A stretch of 64,000 bases of DNA from Gammaproteobacteria bacterium (GTDB lineage Bacteria > Pseudomonadota > Gammaproteobacteria > GRL18), in assembly GCA_016744395.1 (NCBI GenBank), contig JADGEK010000012.1, positions 2,986-66,985 on the forward strand, given 5' to 3'. The notes below the pieces were generated by a model. The model searched no databases. It had not been told where the DNA came from and saw only the letters and a list, made by a program, of their open reading frames with translations. Shown piece after piece: positions 1-9,377 of the stretch (position 1 is the first letter of the stretch; each line of letters begins with the position of its first letter). A program made the position numbers and the translations under genes.

Positions 1-123
1 CCGTCTTGCTTTAATATGCATGTCTTTTAGATTAGCGGTGGTAATCCAAACCCGTTCTCTGGCTTCCAGTATCAGATCTTCAACAACTCTTTGATGCATA
101 TTTTCATGATTTAAAATTTCCAT
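1..123 (-). CDS. Phospholipase D-like domain protein, 5' part only (runs off the window edge)
   Basis: Manual translation from ATG at 123: MEILNHENMHQRVVEDLILEARERVWITTANLKDMHIKARR. This resembles the N-terminus of small PLD-like proteins (A..rvwI.tanlKd). The HKD motif would lie outside the window. The frame is open further upstream, so the start is uncertain. Confidence 0.5.
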   Translation of the reverse strand, partial: MEILNHENMHQRVVEDLILEARERVWITTANLKDMHIKARR

Positions 124-442
124 CTGTATCTCATACCCAATTGCCAGATTTTTGTGTAATTCAACTTCTTCATTTAATCGTTCAATCGTTTCACACGGCA
201 CCGTTGGTATTTTTTTCAACTTTTATAGTGTTTATACTAGACAGCTCTAAGCACATCATAGCGTACATATTAGGCTCCTAAAAGCTTATATTAATTATAT
301 CCAGTCTCATTTTTCCTACAAATCTGTCTTTGGTTCGTCTTATTATCTTAGAATTCATCCTTTTGAAGACTTTGCTCAGTATCAACTTTTAACTCAGTAA
401 ACTGCTTAATCTAATTTTTATATCTTCAATTAAGGCAATTAC

Positions 443-471
443 TTGACATTAATACAAGGTTATTCTACACC
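443..471 (+). promoter_or_regulatory. Possible sigma70 promoter for the heme-enzyme operon
   Basis: TTGACA (443-448), 17-nt spacer, then a weak -10 TACACC (466-471), about 160 nt upstream of the ATG at 629. Confidence 0.35.
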
Positions 472-628
472 TAAAGTGTGACTGTATTTTCAATTCATCA
501 AATAGACTTAGTCACTTATTCATTACTTTTTAGGGCCGCGGAAATTAAGGCAAGTCTTGCGTTTCTGTTCTTAATTAAGGTGTTTCTTCAATATTATCAT
601 TATCAATGAAAAATGAAGGGAATACATA

Positions 629-3553
629 ATGAAAAGCAAACTAATCAATACTCAATGTAAAACAATTTTCTCCCTCACTCTCCTTTTTTTGTTTATTCTT
701 TGTTTTACGCCAATGGTCTATGCAAAAAATGATACAAAAGCCTGTATCAATATGGCCAAAAGTGGATTATTAAAAATTTCTGATGATCGTTCAAAACGTT
801 TTCTTGGCAAAGTAGATGAAGATACTGCTCGTTGTCGTGGTGATGAAAAACCAATACCGTATCTCGATACTCCCTGGGTAGACTGGTCTAATTATTACTC
901 CACAGGTGATAGCAGTAGCCGTTTTGAAGGGCAAGAAGCCATTACCAAACTAGGGAAACATTTATTCCCAAATGGTCGAGGAATTGATGGCTCTTTAATT
1001 GATCTAGAATATCAACGTATAGAATTAATAAAATTTAACCTCTTTGATCAGGACACTTATACTGACTACATTTTAGGGCGTGATGGCCAAGCAGGTTCAA
1101 CGTTAAAATACTGGGATGAAATGCGTCTGCCTCCTGAGCATTTGAATTATCAGGACGTAGGTGGTAATGACAAACAATTATGTCAGGGGGATTTGATTAC
1201 CCACAGAACACTGACAGGCATTTGTAATGATTTAGTCAATCCACTGATGGGCTCATCAGGAATGACTTTTGGTCGAAATATGCAATTTGAAACCACCTTT
1301 CCAAGGCTTGGTTTAAATCAGTTAACACGTAACAGACATGGGCAACGAATCAGTTTGCTTAAGCCTGATCCTCAATTAATCAGTCGAAAATTATTTTCCC
1401 GAGAGCAAACATCTGGCAATGGTTGCCATCAGGGAATGGGTGATAAAAACTATTCTAGCAACGCCAATTGTGATTATCTTAAAGCACCCTTTTTTAATGT
1501 TCTCGCCGCTTTCTGGATTCAGTTTATGACTCATGACTGGTTTTCCCACACCATTGAGGGTCATAATAAAAAAGAATTAACAACCGTAGGTTGTTCCTCA
1601 GCCGAAGCCCGAGCCTTAGGCTGTCGTGAAAAGGATAGACGGGAACCTTCTCTCTATGCAAAAACGACAACGCCTGAAACCTTCACAAAGGATGGTCAAA
1701 GCTATAGTAATAGAGCAGCAAAAACAACTCATAATCAGGTGACAGCCTGGTGGGATGCTTCGCAGATATATGGCCATGATGAAAGTTCTCTAAAGCGGGT
1801 ACAACGTGATCCCAATGATCCTGCTAAATTACTGCTTATTAATAATTATCTGCCCTTATTGCCCACTTGTGACACATACACAGAAGACTGTCCCGTACAA
1901 TCACAATGGCAAGGTCAGGAAGCTGCGGGCTTTCCTGCAAACTGGAGTATTGGTACTAGCTTTTACCACAATTTATTTACTCGTGAACATAATTACTTTG
2001 TTGAGCAATTCCGCATAATGCAAAAACAATCACCTGAAGTAGATTCTGGTCTGAGAGATCCTTTGGATGCAAAAGTCGTTATTCGTCTAAAAGACGTTGA
2101 TGATGAACGTTTGTTTCAAGTAGCACGTTTAGTAGTTGCTGCTGAAATTGCAAAAATTCATACTATTGAGTGGACCACACAATTATTATATGACGAACCT
2201 TTATTTGCTGGCATGAATTCAAATTGGTACGGCTTGTTTAATCATGAAGAAGATCGAGTTTCTAAAATTCTCAAGCGCTTATTCAACAAGGATGAAAATA
2301 TACTATCCCGTAAATCAGCCAAGGCAGCAGGTGGTTTGGTTAATTCTTCCAATCCCAAGAAGGCCAATTCAATATATTCGGTATTAGCTTCTGGTGCAGG
2401 TATTTTTGGGATTGGTAATCAAAAAATGAAAGGATTTTTATGGTGGAAAAAAGATGCCTGGGATTTAAATAATCTGGAAGAGGATGTGAATGGTGGTATC
2501 AATCATTTTGGTTCGCCGTTTAATTTCCCTGAAGAATTTACCTCAGTTTACCGCTTACATGCTCTTGTACCCGATTTAATTGAGTATCGTGAAGTTAACA
2601 AGCCAAACAAGATCGCTTTAAAAATACCAGTGTTAGATACTGTCAGAGGTAAAGCCACGGACATGATGCAACAACGGGGTATCGACAGTTGGGCCTTAAG
2701 TATGGGACGACAACGTTTAGGACTTCTGCATCTAAAAAACCAACCCTTATTTTTACAAAACTTACCGATGCCGCAGCTTAATTCTAAGACTAAAAAACTG
2801 GATATTGTAGCCTTAGATTTAATTCGTGATCGGGAACGTGGTGTGCCTCGGTTTAATGAATTTCGACGCCAGATTGGTCTTAAAACCCTAAACAGTTTTG
2901 ATGATTTTATTGATCAACGTCTTGACAAAAATAGTCCACAACGCAAGCATCAGGAAGAAAATATCATCCAGATGCGGGAAATTTATGGTACTCATACCTG
3001 TGATGCCAGTAAAATTATTTCAACGGTGCAACGTAATAAGGATGGAAATTATATTAATGACTGTCTTGGTCATCCTGATGGTTCGGTTGTTGATAACATA
3101 GAAGATGTCGATAATGTTGTTGGTTGGCTATCTGAATATACACGGCCACATGGTTTTGCTATTTCTGAAACACAATTTCATATTTTTATCATTAACGCCT
3201 CACGTCGACTTTTCAGTGATCGTTTTTTTACTTCCAGTTTTCGTCCTGAATTTTATTCAACTCTGGGTTATAACTGGGTACTCAATGATGGTCAGCTTTC
3301 TGAGTGCCCCTATCCTGTTAGTACTATGAAAGATGGTGAAAAAGTCTGTCAGGAGCCAGATAAAATTAATGACCATGTGATGAAAGTATCTCCTCTCAAA
3401 CGGATCATGATGCGTAATATTCCAGAGCTTAAAAAAGAATTAATGGCAGTGAAAAATATTTTTGACCCTTGGGCAAGAGACCGAGGTGAATTTTATTCAC
3501 TGGAATGGAAAGCACGTCAGGGTGCTGAAACAGATTCGGCTTTTTCTCAATAA
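629..3553 (+). CDS. Secreted animal-heme-peroxidase / alpha-dioxygenase-like fatty-acid oxygenase
   Basis: Signal peptide. Motifs WIQFMTHDWF (distal His), DASQIYG, FTREHN, AKIHTIEWT, EEFTSVYRLH (Tyr radical site and proximal His, as in plant alpha-DOX SVYRMH) and DRERGVPRFNEFRR. Confidence 0.88.
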   Translation: MKSKLINTQCKTIFSLTLLFLFILCFTPMVYAKNDTKACINMAKSGLLKISDDRSKRFLGKVDEDTARCRGDEKPIPYLDTPWVDWSNYYSTGDSSSRFEGQEAITKLGKHLFPNGRGIDGSLIDLEYQRIELIKFNLFDQDTYTDYILGRDGQAGSTLKYWDEMRLPPEHLNYQDVGGNDKQLCQGDLITHRTLTGICNDLVNPLMGSSGMTFGRNMQFETTFPRLGLNQLTRNRHGQRISLLKPDPQLISRKLFSREQTSGNGCHQGMGDKNYSSNANCDYLKAPFFNVLAAFWIQFMTHDWFSHTIEGHNKKELTTVGCSSAEARALGCREKDRREPSLYAKTTTPETFTKDGQSYSNRAAKTTHNQVTAWWDASQIYGHDESSLKRVQRDPNDPAKLLLINNYLPLLPTCDTYTEDCPVQSQWQGQEAAGFPANWSIGTSFYHNLFTREHNYFVEQFRIMQKQSPEVDSGLRDPLDAKVVIRLKDVDDERLFQVARLVVAAEIAKIHTIEWTTQLLYDEPLFAGMNSNWYGLFNHEEDRVSKILKRLFNKDENILSRKSAKAAGGLVNSSNPKKANSIYSVLASGAGIFGIGNQKMKGFLWWKKDAWDLNNLEEDVNGGINHFGSPFNFPEEFTSVYRLHALVPDLIEYREVNKPNKIALKIPVLDTVRGKATDMMQQRGIDSWALSMGRQRLGLLHLKNQPLFLQNLPMPQLNSKTKKLDIVALDLIRDRERGVPRFNEFRRQIGLKTLNSFDDFIDQRLDKNSPQRKHQEENIIQMREIYGTHTCDASKIISTVQRNKDGNYINDCLGHPDGSVVDNIEDVDNVVGWLSEYTRPHGFAISETQFHIFIINASRRLFSDRFFTSSFRPEFYSTLGYNWVLNDGQLSECPYPVSTMKDGEKVCQEPDKINDHVMKVSPLKRIMMRNIPELKKELMAVKNIFDPWARDRGEFYSLEWKARQGAETDSAFSQ

Positions 3554-3576
3554 TACAGTTCTCAATGAGGGTCTGA

Positions 3577-4671
3577 ATGATGATGAATCAACAGACAGTT
3601 TGGTGCTATCAATTACATGTCTCATACAAATTCCTACTACTGATTGTATTAACATCTGGATGTAGCAGCACTGGAAATGATGCAAGTATTGAGCAATTAG
3701 AGGCTGAAATGAATCAGCGTATTGAATTAATTTCACGTTCTGAAACTGAAGTGAATATTGAAAGTCAGAGTAATGAAATATATGGAAATGTATTACAAAA
3801 AAAAGTAATACCAAGATTTAATCAAGCAAAAACAGTCGCCTGCCTGAATGCACACTTTCAGGTTCATGATAAGCTTCCTGAAAATTTACAGCATGGGATC
3901 TTTTCTTCAGCAAAGAATTATCCCGCTATACTACGGTTTGCTAACGCCACAAATCATGATGATTCTAAAAAAGACATCCGAGGAGTATCAATCAGACTTT
4001 CTAATGTCGAGGGAGATATACTTTGGGGGCAGCCAGGAATTCAGGACTTTATTTTTAATAGTTATCCAGCCCTGTTTGTCGCCACACCAGAACAATTTTT
4101 AGAATTTATTCAAGCCCGTCAGGAAGATGCCAAACTCAGTTTCTTTTTTAATCCTTTTAACCCACATCTTAAATCCTTCTGGATTGTTTTCAAGGCTCGG
4201 GAAAAACATAAGAGTCTGTTTGATATCCGTTATTGGAGTACCGTCCCATTTCAGTTAGGAGAAGCCACTGATCAGGTGGTGAAATATTCACTCATACCCT
4301 GCTCTGATTATACGACCAAGAAAGTAGTGAGCCCTGGTGAACATCAATTCCGAGGCGCCATGAAAAAACATCTAAAACAGACTCAGGCTTGTTTTTATTT
4401 CGCCGTTCAACCACAAGTTGATGTTCAAACAATGCCCATAGAAGATGCATCTGTCATCTGGGACGAAACAGTTTCACCCTTTCAAAAAGTGGCGACAATC
4501 CGTATTAGTGAGCAGAACTTTGATACTCCTGACGCTTTGAAGGCTTGTGAACAGAGCAGTTTTAATCCCTGGCAAAGCCTCAGTGCACATAAACCTTTAG
4601 GCAAAATGAATGCAGTACGCCGTAGTGTTTACGATAAGGCTGCAAAGCTTCGAGGTTCTGGTTTCAAGTGA
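3577..4671 (+). CDS. Catalase-fold heme protein (AOS/HPL-like mini-catalase), probable lipoprotein
   Basis: Lipobox LTSG-C. Motifs AILRFAN, DIRGVSI, YWSTVPF, PIEDAS..W, SFNPW...H.PLG and RRSVY (proximal Tyr). The distal His position reads RFNQAK. Confidence 0.82.
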   Translation: MMMNQQTVWCYQLHVSYKFLLLIVLTSGCSSTGNDASIEQLEAEMNQRIELISRSETEVNIESQSNEIYGNVLQKKVIPRFNQAKTVACLNAHFQVHDKLPENLQHGIFSSAKNYPAILRFANATNHDDSKKDIRGVSIRLSNVEGDILWGQPGIQDFIFNSYPALFVATPEQFLEFIQARQEDAKLSFFFNPFNPHLKSFWIVFKAREKHKSLFDIRYWSTVPFQLGEATDQVVKYSLIPCSDYTTKKVVSPGEHQFRGAMKKHLKQTQACFYFAVQPQVDVQTMPIEDASVIWDETVSPFQKVATIRISEQNFDTPDALKACEQSSFNPWQSLSAHKPLGKMNAVRRSVYDKAAKLRGSGFK

Positions 4672-4743
4672 TTATATTAGAGTGATGCGTTTAGAATGAT
4701 TGGTTTAACATTTATTAAAAATTCATACCATGGAGTATTCGTC

Positions 4744-5193
4744 ATGCATAGCACCGTTGAATTATGGTTAGGTAAGTCCAGAGACGAACTGGATGAAATT
4801 TATCGAAATGCCATCCCTGGAGAGATTCCTTCAGGAGATACACGTGGTACGGCTATTCTTAGTGGTTCCGTTTTTTCTAAAATAATCGCTCTATTGGCTC
4901 GTATTTTTTTCTGGCAGGGAAAAGTGTTTGATTTATATTGTCCCTGTGGCCAGGCTGGGCTGCTTGTTAATAAAATTACTCCCTTTAGTCTGACTTTTAT
5001 TGTGGCCAAAGTGTATAAAGAGAATAGTTGGCTTGACGAAAAAGACACGATAGTTATTGATTACTCTAAGACATCGTTCTTTGCAAAAGCAATCAGAGAT
5101 GAAATTCGTGAGGTGGAACCTGGCGTGTACCTGGGTAAAGTCTGGTGGGGAAAAACACGAATTTTAGATTTCGCTCTGACTCAGGCGGATTAG
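4744..5193 (+). CDS. Conserved hypothetical small protein (WQGKVF...IDY...RDEIREV.PG.YLG family)
   Basis: ORF track gives 4696..5193. A GGAG SD at about 4732 favours the ATG at 4744. Motif pattern recalled from proteins next to oxidoreductases. Confidence 0.65.
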   Translation: MHSTVELWLGKSRDELDEIYRNAIPGEIPSGDTRGTAILSGSVFSKIIALLARIFFWQGKVFDLYCPCGQAGLLVNKITPFSLTFIVAKVYKENSWLDEKDTIVIDYSKTSFFAKAIRDEIREVEPGVYLGKVWWGKTRILDFALTQAD

Positions 5194-5195
5194 CA

Positions 5196-6500
5196 ATGAC
5201 ACCTCAATCAACATTTATGATTGTGGCCTCAGTTCGTGAAGGTCAGTTAGACAAGCTCAGAACACTGCTGGCCAGCATGAATAAAAGTAATACTCAAGTC
5301 GACCCTAATAATACTTTAGTCCCTTTTGCCCAATACAGTCACTTGCATGTTGCCCGTTTTGTTATTCTTGAAGCAAATACTGCTGATGATATTAAAGAAT
5401 ATGGGCTAGCACCCTACCCATGGCAACCAGCTCTGGCATTTCTCGGAGATTGTGATGGTGATAGTAATATTTTTCTTGCGCAATTGGTCGCAAGAAGTGA
5501 ACCTGGACTAAAAAAAATATTTGCCCATTGTGATGATTTTTCTTCGCATGAGATAAACTTATTGAACTGGTTCAAAGCACATAGTCATACACCCAATGCA
5601 AACTATATCAATTGGATTGGGCGCACCGTCACACAGGTCCATGAAGAAGCCATATTACATAAAAAATTATCCGCTTATCTGCAAAAAATTGTTGAAGATA
5701 TTGGCCCTGGCAATGCACGCGCCATACGGCAAAAACTCCTGTCCTATATTGAATTTGAAAAGTATGAAGGCCGACTTGTCTTGACCCCAGTAGAACCCAG
5801 TTCGATTTTGTGGACTATAAGCAATCTATGGCATAAATTATCTATTCCACTGTTTCTACTACTATTACTGCCCCTATTTCTTATCTCTGCACCCTTTTAT
5901 GCCTGGTATTTACGAAAGCTTGAACGATCTGATCCTGAAATTGTTATTCGACCTGAGCGTCAATATATCGAAACCTTATCACTTCAGGAAGATCACACTA
6001 TAACTAATCAATTTAATGTCCTGGGTGAAGTAAAGCCAGGTTTGTTTCGTTTGTATACCATGAAGTTTGCTCTATTTTTACTCAACTATGCTTCCCGGCA
6101 CATTTATAATCGCGGCTTTCTCACCCGAGTAAGAACCATTCATTTTGCCCGCTGGGTACTGATGGATAATAATCGAAGAGTGTATTTTGCCAGTAATTAC
6201 GATGGTAGTCAGGAAAGTTATATGGATGATTTTATAAACAAAGTTGGTTGGGGATTAAATCTGGTCTTTAGTAATGGTGTCTCCTACCCGCAAACAAAGT
6301 GGTTGATTAAAGGCGGAGCAGGACATGAACAAAAATTCAAACAAACACTGAGACGACATCAATTGCCTTCAGAAGTCTGGTATAAGGCCTACCCCGAGCT
6401 CACGGCTTACGAGATCTCACGCAATATGCTTATTCGACTAGGAGTAGAGGTACGTCAGGCCAATGATAAACAGATACGTGAATGGTTAGCCTTGATCTAA
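5196..6500 (+). CDS. Conserved hypothetical DyP-associated membrane protein with two H(F/V)AR(W/F) repeats
   Basis: ATG at 5196, 2 nt after the upstream stop (the track's GTG at 5145 overlaps the previous gene). HLHVARFVIL and TIHFARWVLM repeats flank a central hydrophobic segment; SNYDGS.ESYMDDF. Confidence 0.75.
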   Translation: MTPQSTFMIVASVREGQLDKLRTLLASMNKSNTQVDPNNTLVPFAQYSHLHVARFVILEANTADDIKEYGLAPYPWQPALAFLGDCDGDSNIFLAQLVARSEPGLKKIFAHCDDFSSHEINLLNWFKAHSHTPNANYINWIGRTVTQVHEEAILHKKLSAYLQKIVEDIGPGNARAIRQKLLSYIEFEKYEGRLVLTPVEPSSILWTISNLWHKLSIPLFLLLLLPLFLISAPFYAWYLRKLERSDPEIVIRPERQYIETLSLQEDHTITNQFNVLGEVKPGLFRLYTMKFALFLLNYASRHIYNRGFLTRVRTIHFARWVLMDNNRRVYFASNYDGSQESYMDDFINKVGWGLNLVFSNGVSYPQTKWLIKGGAGHEQKFKQTLRRHQLPSEVWYKAYPELTAYEISRNMLIRLGVEVRQANDKQIREWLALI

Positions 6501-6556
6501 CAATTGGCTGGCATACATAGGTAAAACTGAGAAGATAACACTTTAGGAAGAATACA

Positions 6557-8074
6557 ATGAAAAGTGCTGATCATTTTGAATTTGACGATCTCCAGGGATT
6601 GCTGAGATTTAGTCATGGGCATTTGACAGAAACTTGCTTTATGTTACTCAACGTCAGTAATTCCATAGCCGCAAAACAATGGCTTAAAGCAGCATCTATT
6701 ACTAATGCGAGCTCAGTGCACCCATTACCTGAAACTGCAGTTCAGATTGCTTTTTCTGTGGCTGGCTTGCGTATTCTTGGATTAAATGAACGTCTTATCG
6801 AACAATTTTCTGATGAATTTATCGTTGGAATGGCAGGTGATGAGAGTCGCTCCCGGCGTTTGGGTGATATTGCAGCCAATGACCCAAAAAATTGGCAATG
6901 GGGTGGTGATGCCCAACAGGTTCCTCATGTCTTATTATTACTGTATACCAAGGATGGTCTAATGAAAAATTTTCGTAGACATCTTGAGGACAAAAACTTT
7001 CATCAGGCATTTCAATTGCACAGTGTTTTACCGACACTGGACATTGGTTTGATTGAACCTTTTGGCTTTGCTGATGGCATCAGTCAACCCAAAATTGACT
7101 GGACTGACAAGCAAAGTACAGACATTCATGAACGTGAAGGCTATTCCAACACAGTAGCCATTGGGGAAGTGGTTTTGGGTTATCCCAACGAATATGGTGA
7201 ATACACAAACAGGCCTCTAGTTAATCCTAAGTTACAACCTAATTCAGAGAAACTTAAAACCGCATACGATGATGTATCACTCAAAGATCTGGGGCGAAAC
7301 GGCAGTTATCTCGTCGTTCGACAGCTGAACCAGGATGTACCAGGTTTCTGGCAATATCTCCATAAGCAAAGTTACTCTGACACAGACAAACGCAATGAGC
7401 TTGCTGCATCAATGGTGGGTAGACAACGCAATGGTGATCCTTTGATAACATCTCGTGTGCAATCAACTCATAATGCAGCAGAAGATAAGAATGATTTTAC
7501 TTATGAGCAAGATTTACAAGGACATCAATGTCCCTTTGGTGCGCACATTCGTCGTGCCAACCCACGTACTGGTGATTTCCCCCATGGAGTAACAGGTTTT
7601 TTTAATCGTCTGATTAAAATTTTGGGCTTTGGTTTAAACAAACCTGATGATGATTTGATTGCAGCCACCCGTTTTCATCGTTTACTGCGCCGTGGACGCA
7701 GTTATGGCTCCTTTATCAGTCCAGAGGATGCAATCAAGGCCAATGACTCTGATGAAGAACGAGGTCTACAGTTTATGTGTCTGGTAGCCAATATCACACG
7801 CCAGTTTGAGTTTGTTCAGAATGCATGGATGATAAGCAGTAAGTTCAATGGTGCACACCAGGAAAGTGATCCCTTATTAGGTCATCGGGAACCTTTACTT
7901 AGTGGAGAACCTAGCAATGAGTTTAGCCGCCCTATGGCATCTGGATCAAGGCAGACGGTCTGTAATTTACCACAATTTGTGACACTCCGAGGCGGTGCTT
8001 ATTTTTTCATGCCAGGGCTAAGTGCCATTCAATATATTGCTTCCTTGCCATCGAACAAGGATGATTTGTCATGA
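6557..8074 (+). CDS. Dye-decolorizing (DyP-type) peroxidase
   Basis: FGFADGISQP (GxxDG), AHIRRANPR (proximal His), LLRRGRSYG, GLQF...QFEFVQ, FVTLRGGAYFFMPG. Confidence 0.9.
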   Translation: MKSADHFEFDDLQGLLRFSHGHLTETCFMLLNVSNSIAAKQWLKAASITNASSVHPLPETAVQIAFSVAGLRILGLNERLIEQFSDEFIVGMAGDESRSRRLGDIAANDPKNWQWGGDAQQVPHVLLLLYTKDGLMKNFRRHLEDKNFHQAFQLHSVLPTLDIGLIEPFGFADGISQPKIDWTDKQSTDIHEREGYSNTVAIGEVVLGYPNEYGEYTNRPLVNPKLQPNSEKLKTAYDDVSLKDLGRNGSYLVVRQLNQDVPGFWQYLHKQSYSDTDKRNELAASMVGRQRNGDPLITSRVQSTHNAAEDKNDFTYEQDLQGHQCPFGAHIRRANPRTGDFPHGVTGFFNRLIKILGFGLNKPDDDLIAATRFHRLLRRGRSYGSFISPEDAIKANDSDEERGLQFMCLVANITRQFEFVQNAWMISSKFNGAHQESDPLLGHREPLLSGEPSNEFSRPMASGSRQTVCNLPQFVTLRGGAYFFMPGLSAIQYIASLPSNKDDLS

Positions 8075-9267
8075 ACATAAAGACTCCAATTCTAAGATTC
8101 ATTCACTCTATTATCCTAGTTTTCTTACATATTGAACGCAGGTTGGAGCCCTGGTTCCGGCCCCAATTAAACCGTTTATTTCGAGAATTCATCGCTAATA
8201 TTACTCAGTATTTTATTAATTTTCAACGTAAGAATGAAGGTATGGAACTCGCACAAGAATTCATTACTCCTGATGAGGATCAAAGCCTTGATGATATCAT
8301 TGACTTGATGGCTGATCAGATGCGAGGACATTTTAAGCCTGGTCATTATGAACGAGGGGGAAATACAAAAACTCATGGAATTGTTCGTGCGCAAGTCATT
8401 ATTCATAAAGATCTCCCAGAAAAATTTCGTCATGGAATTTTTTCCAAAGCGACAACTTATGAGGCTTATGTGCGTTTTTCCGGGCCAGGACCCGATGTAC
8501 CCACTGATATTGACGATGTTGGTTTTGTCAGTATGGCAGTCAAATTGCTGGATGTACCTGGAGAAAAACTGCTGGATGAAGAAAAAATGACACAAGATTT
8601 CATCACGATCTGCACCCCCACTTTTGTGACTCCCAATACCCGTGAAAATGCGAAACTTCAGTATTGGAGTTTAATCGATATGCCTGTTTATTATTTCATA
8701 AACCCCAAAGATCCTCATTTTTTGGATTTAATCATGCAAGGTTTATGGAATGAAACCCAATATAACCCTCTGGGTCAGCGATATTGGAGTTGTGTTCCTT
8801 ATTTAATGGGTGAGGGTCAAGCAATGATGTATTCCTTTGTACCAAAAACTGAGGTTGAAAAACATATCTCTGGACTACCCTTTGGTACACCACCTGTTAA
8901 TTATTTACGAGATAATATGACAAAAACTCTAGCAGAAAAAGAAGTTGAATTTGATCTGATGGTACAACTACAGACTGATCCACATTTGATGCCAATCGAG
9001 AATGCGGCAGTTCGCTGGCCTGAAAAATTGTCTCCATTTATTTCAGTAGCCACAGTACATATCCCAAAGCAAAGTTTTAACTCTGAAGCTCAGTTTAAAT
9101 TTGCACAAAATCTTAAAATGAATCCATGGCATTGTATCCCTGAACATCGACCTTTGGGTAATCAAAATCGAGCACGTTTAAAGATGTATTATGAATTATC
9201 AAAATTCCGTCAGGAAATGAATCAGACAAAACATGTAGAGCCCAGTGGTAAAGAAATATTTGAATAA
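8071..9267 (+). CDS. Second catalase-fold heme protein
   Basis: ATGA overlap with the DyP gene. Motifs YVRFS, TQDF, YWSCVPY, PIENA.V.W, NPWH..PEHRPLG and RLKMY (proximal Tyr). The distal His position reads RGGNTK. Confidence 0.82.
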   Translation: MNIKTPILRFIHSIILVFLHIERRLEPWFRPQLNRLFREFIANITQYFINFQRKNEGMELAQEFITPDEDQSLDDIIDLMADQMRGHFKPGHYERGGNTKTHGIVRAQVIIHKDLPEKFRHGIFSKATTYEAYVRFSGPGPDVPTDIDDVGFVSMAVKLLDVPGEKLLDEEKMTQDFITICTPTFVTPNTRENAKLQYWSLIDMPVYYFINPKDPHFLDLIMQGLWNETQYNPLGQRYWSCVPYLMGEGQAMMYSFVPKTEVEKHISGLPFGTPPVNYLRDNMTKTLAEKEVEFDLMVQLQTDPHLMPIENAAVRWPEKLSPFISVATVHIPKQSFNSEAQFKFAQNLKMNPWHCIPEHRPLGNQNRARLKMYYELSKFRQEMNQTKHVEPSGKEIFE

Positions 9268-9306
9268 TCCATAAATTTTAGCTGAAAAAGGCTTTTCTTT
9301 TAGGTA

Positions 9307-9342
9307 GGGAAACGGCTTAAATATCTGTAAGCCTGTTATCCC
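9307..9342. terminator. Imperfect hairpin between convergent genes
   Basis: gggaaacggctta-aatatctg-taagcctgttatccc followed by tttt. Confidence 0.35.
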
Positions 9343-9377
9343 TTTTATGGAAGCCAATAGCGATTACGAACCAGTAT

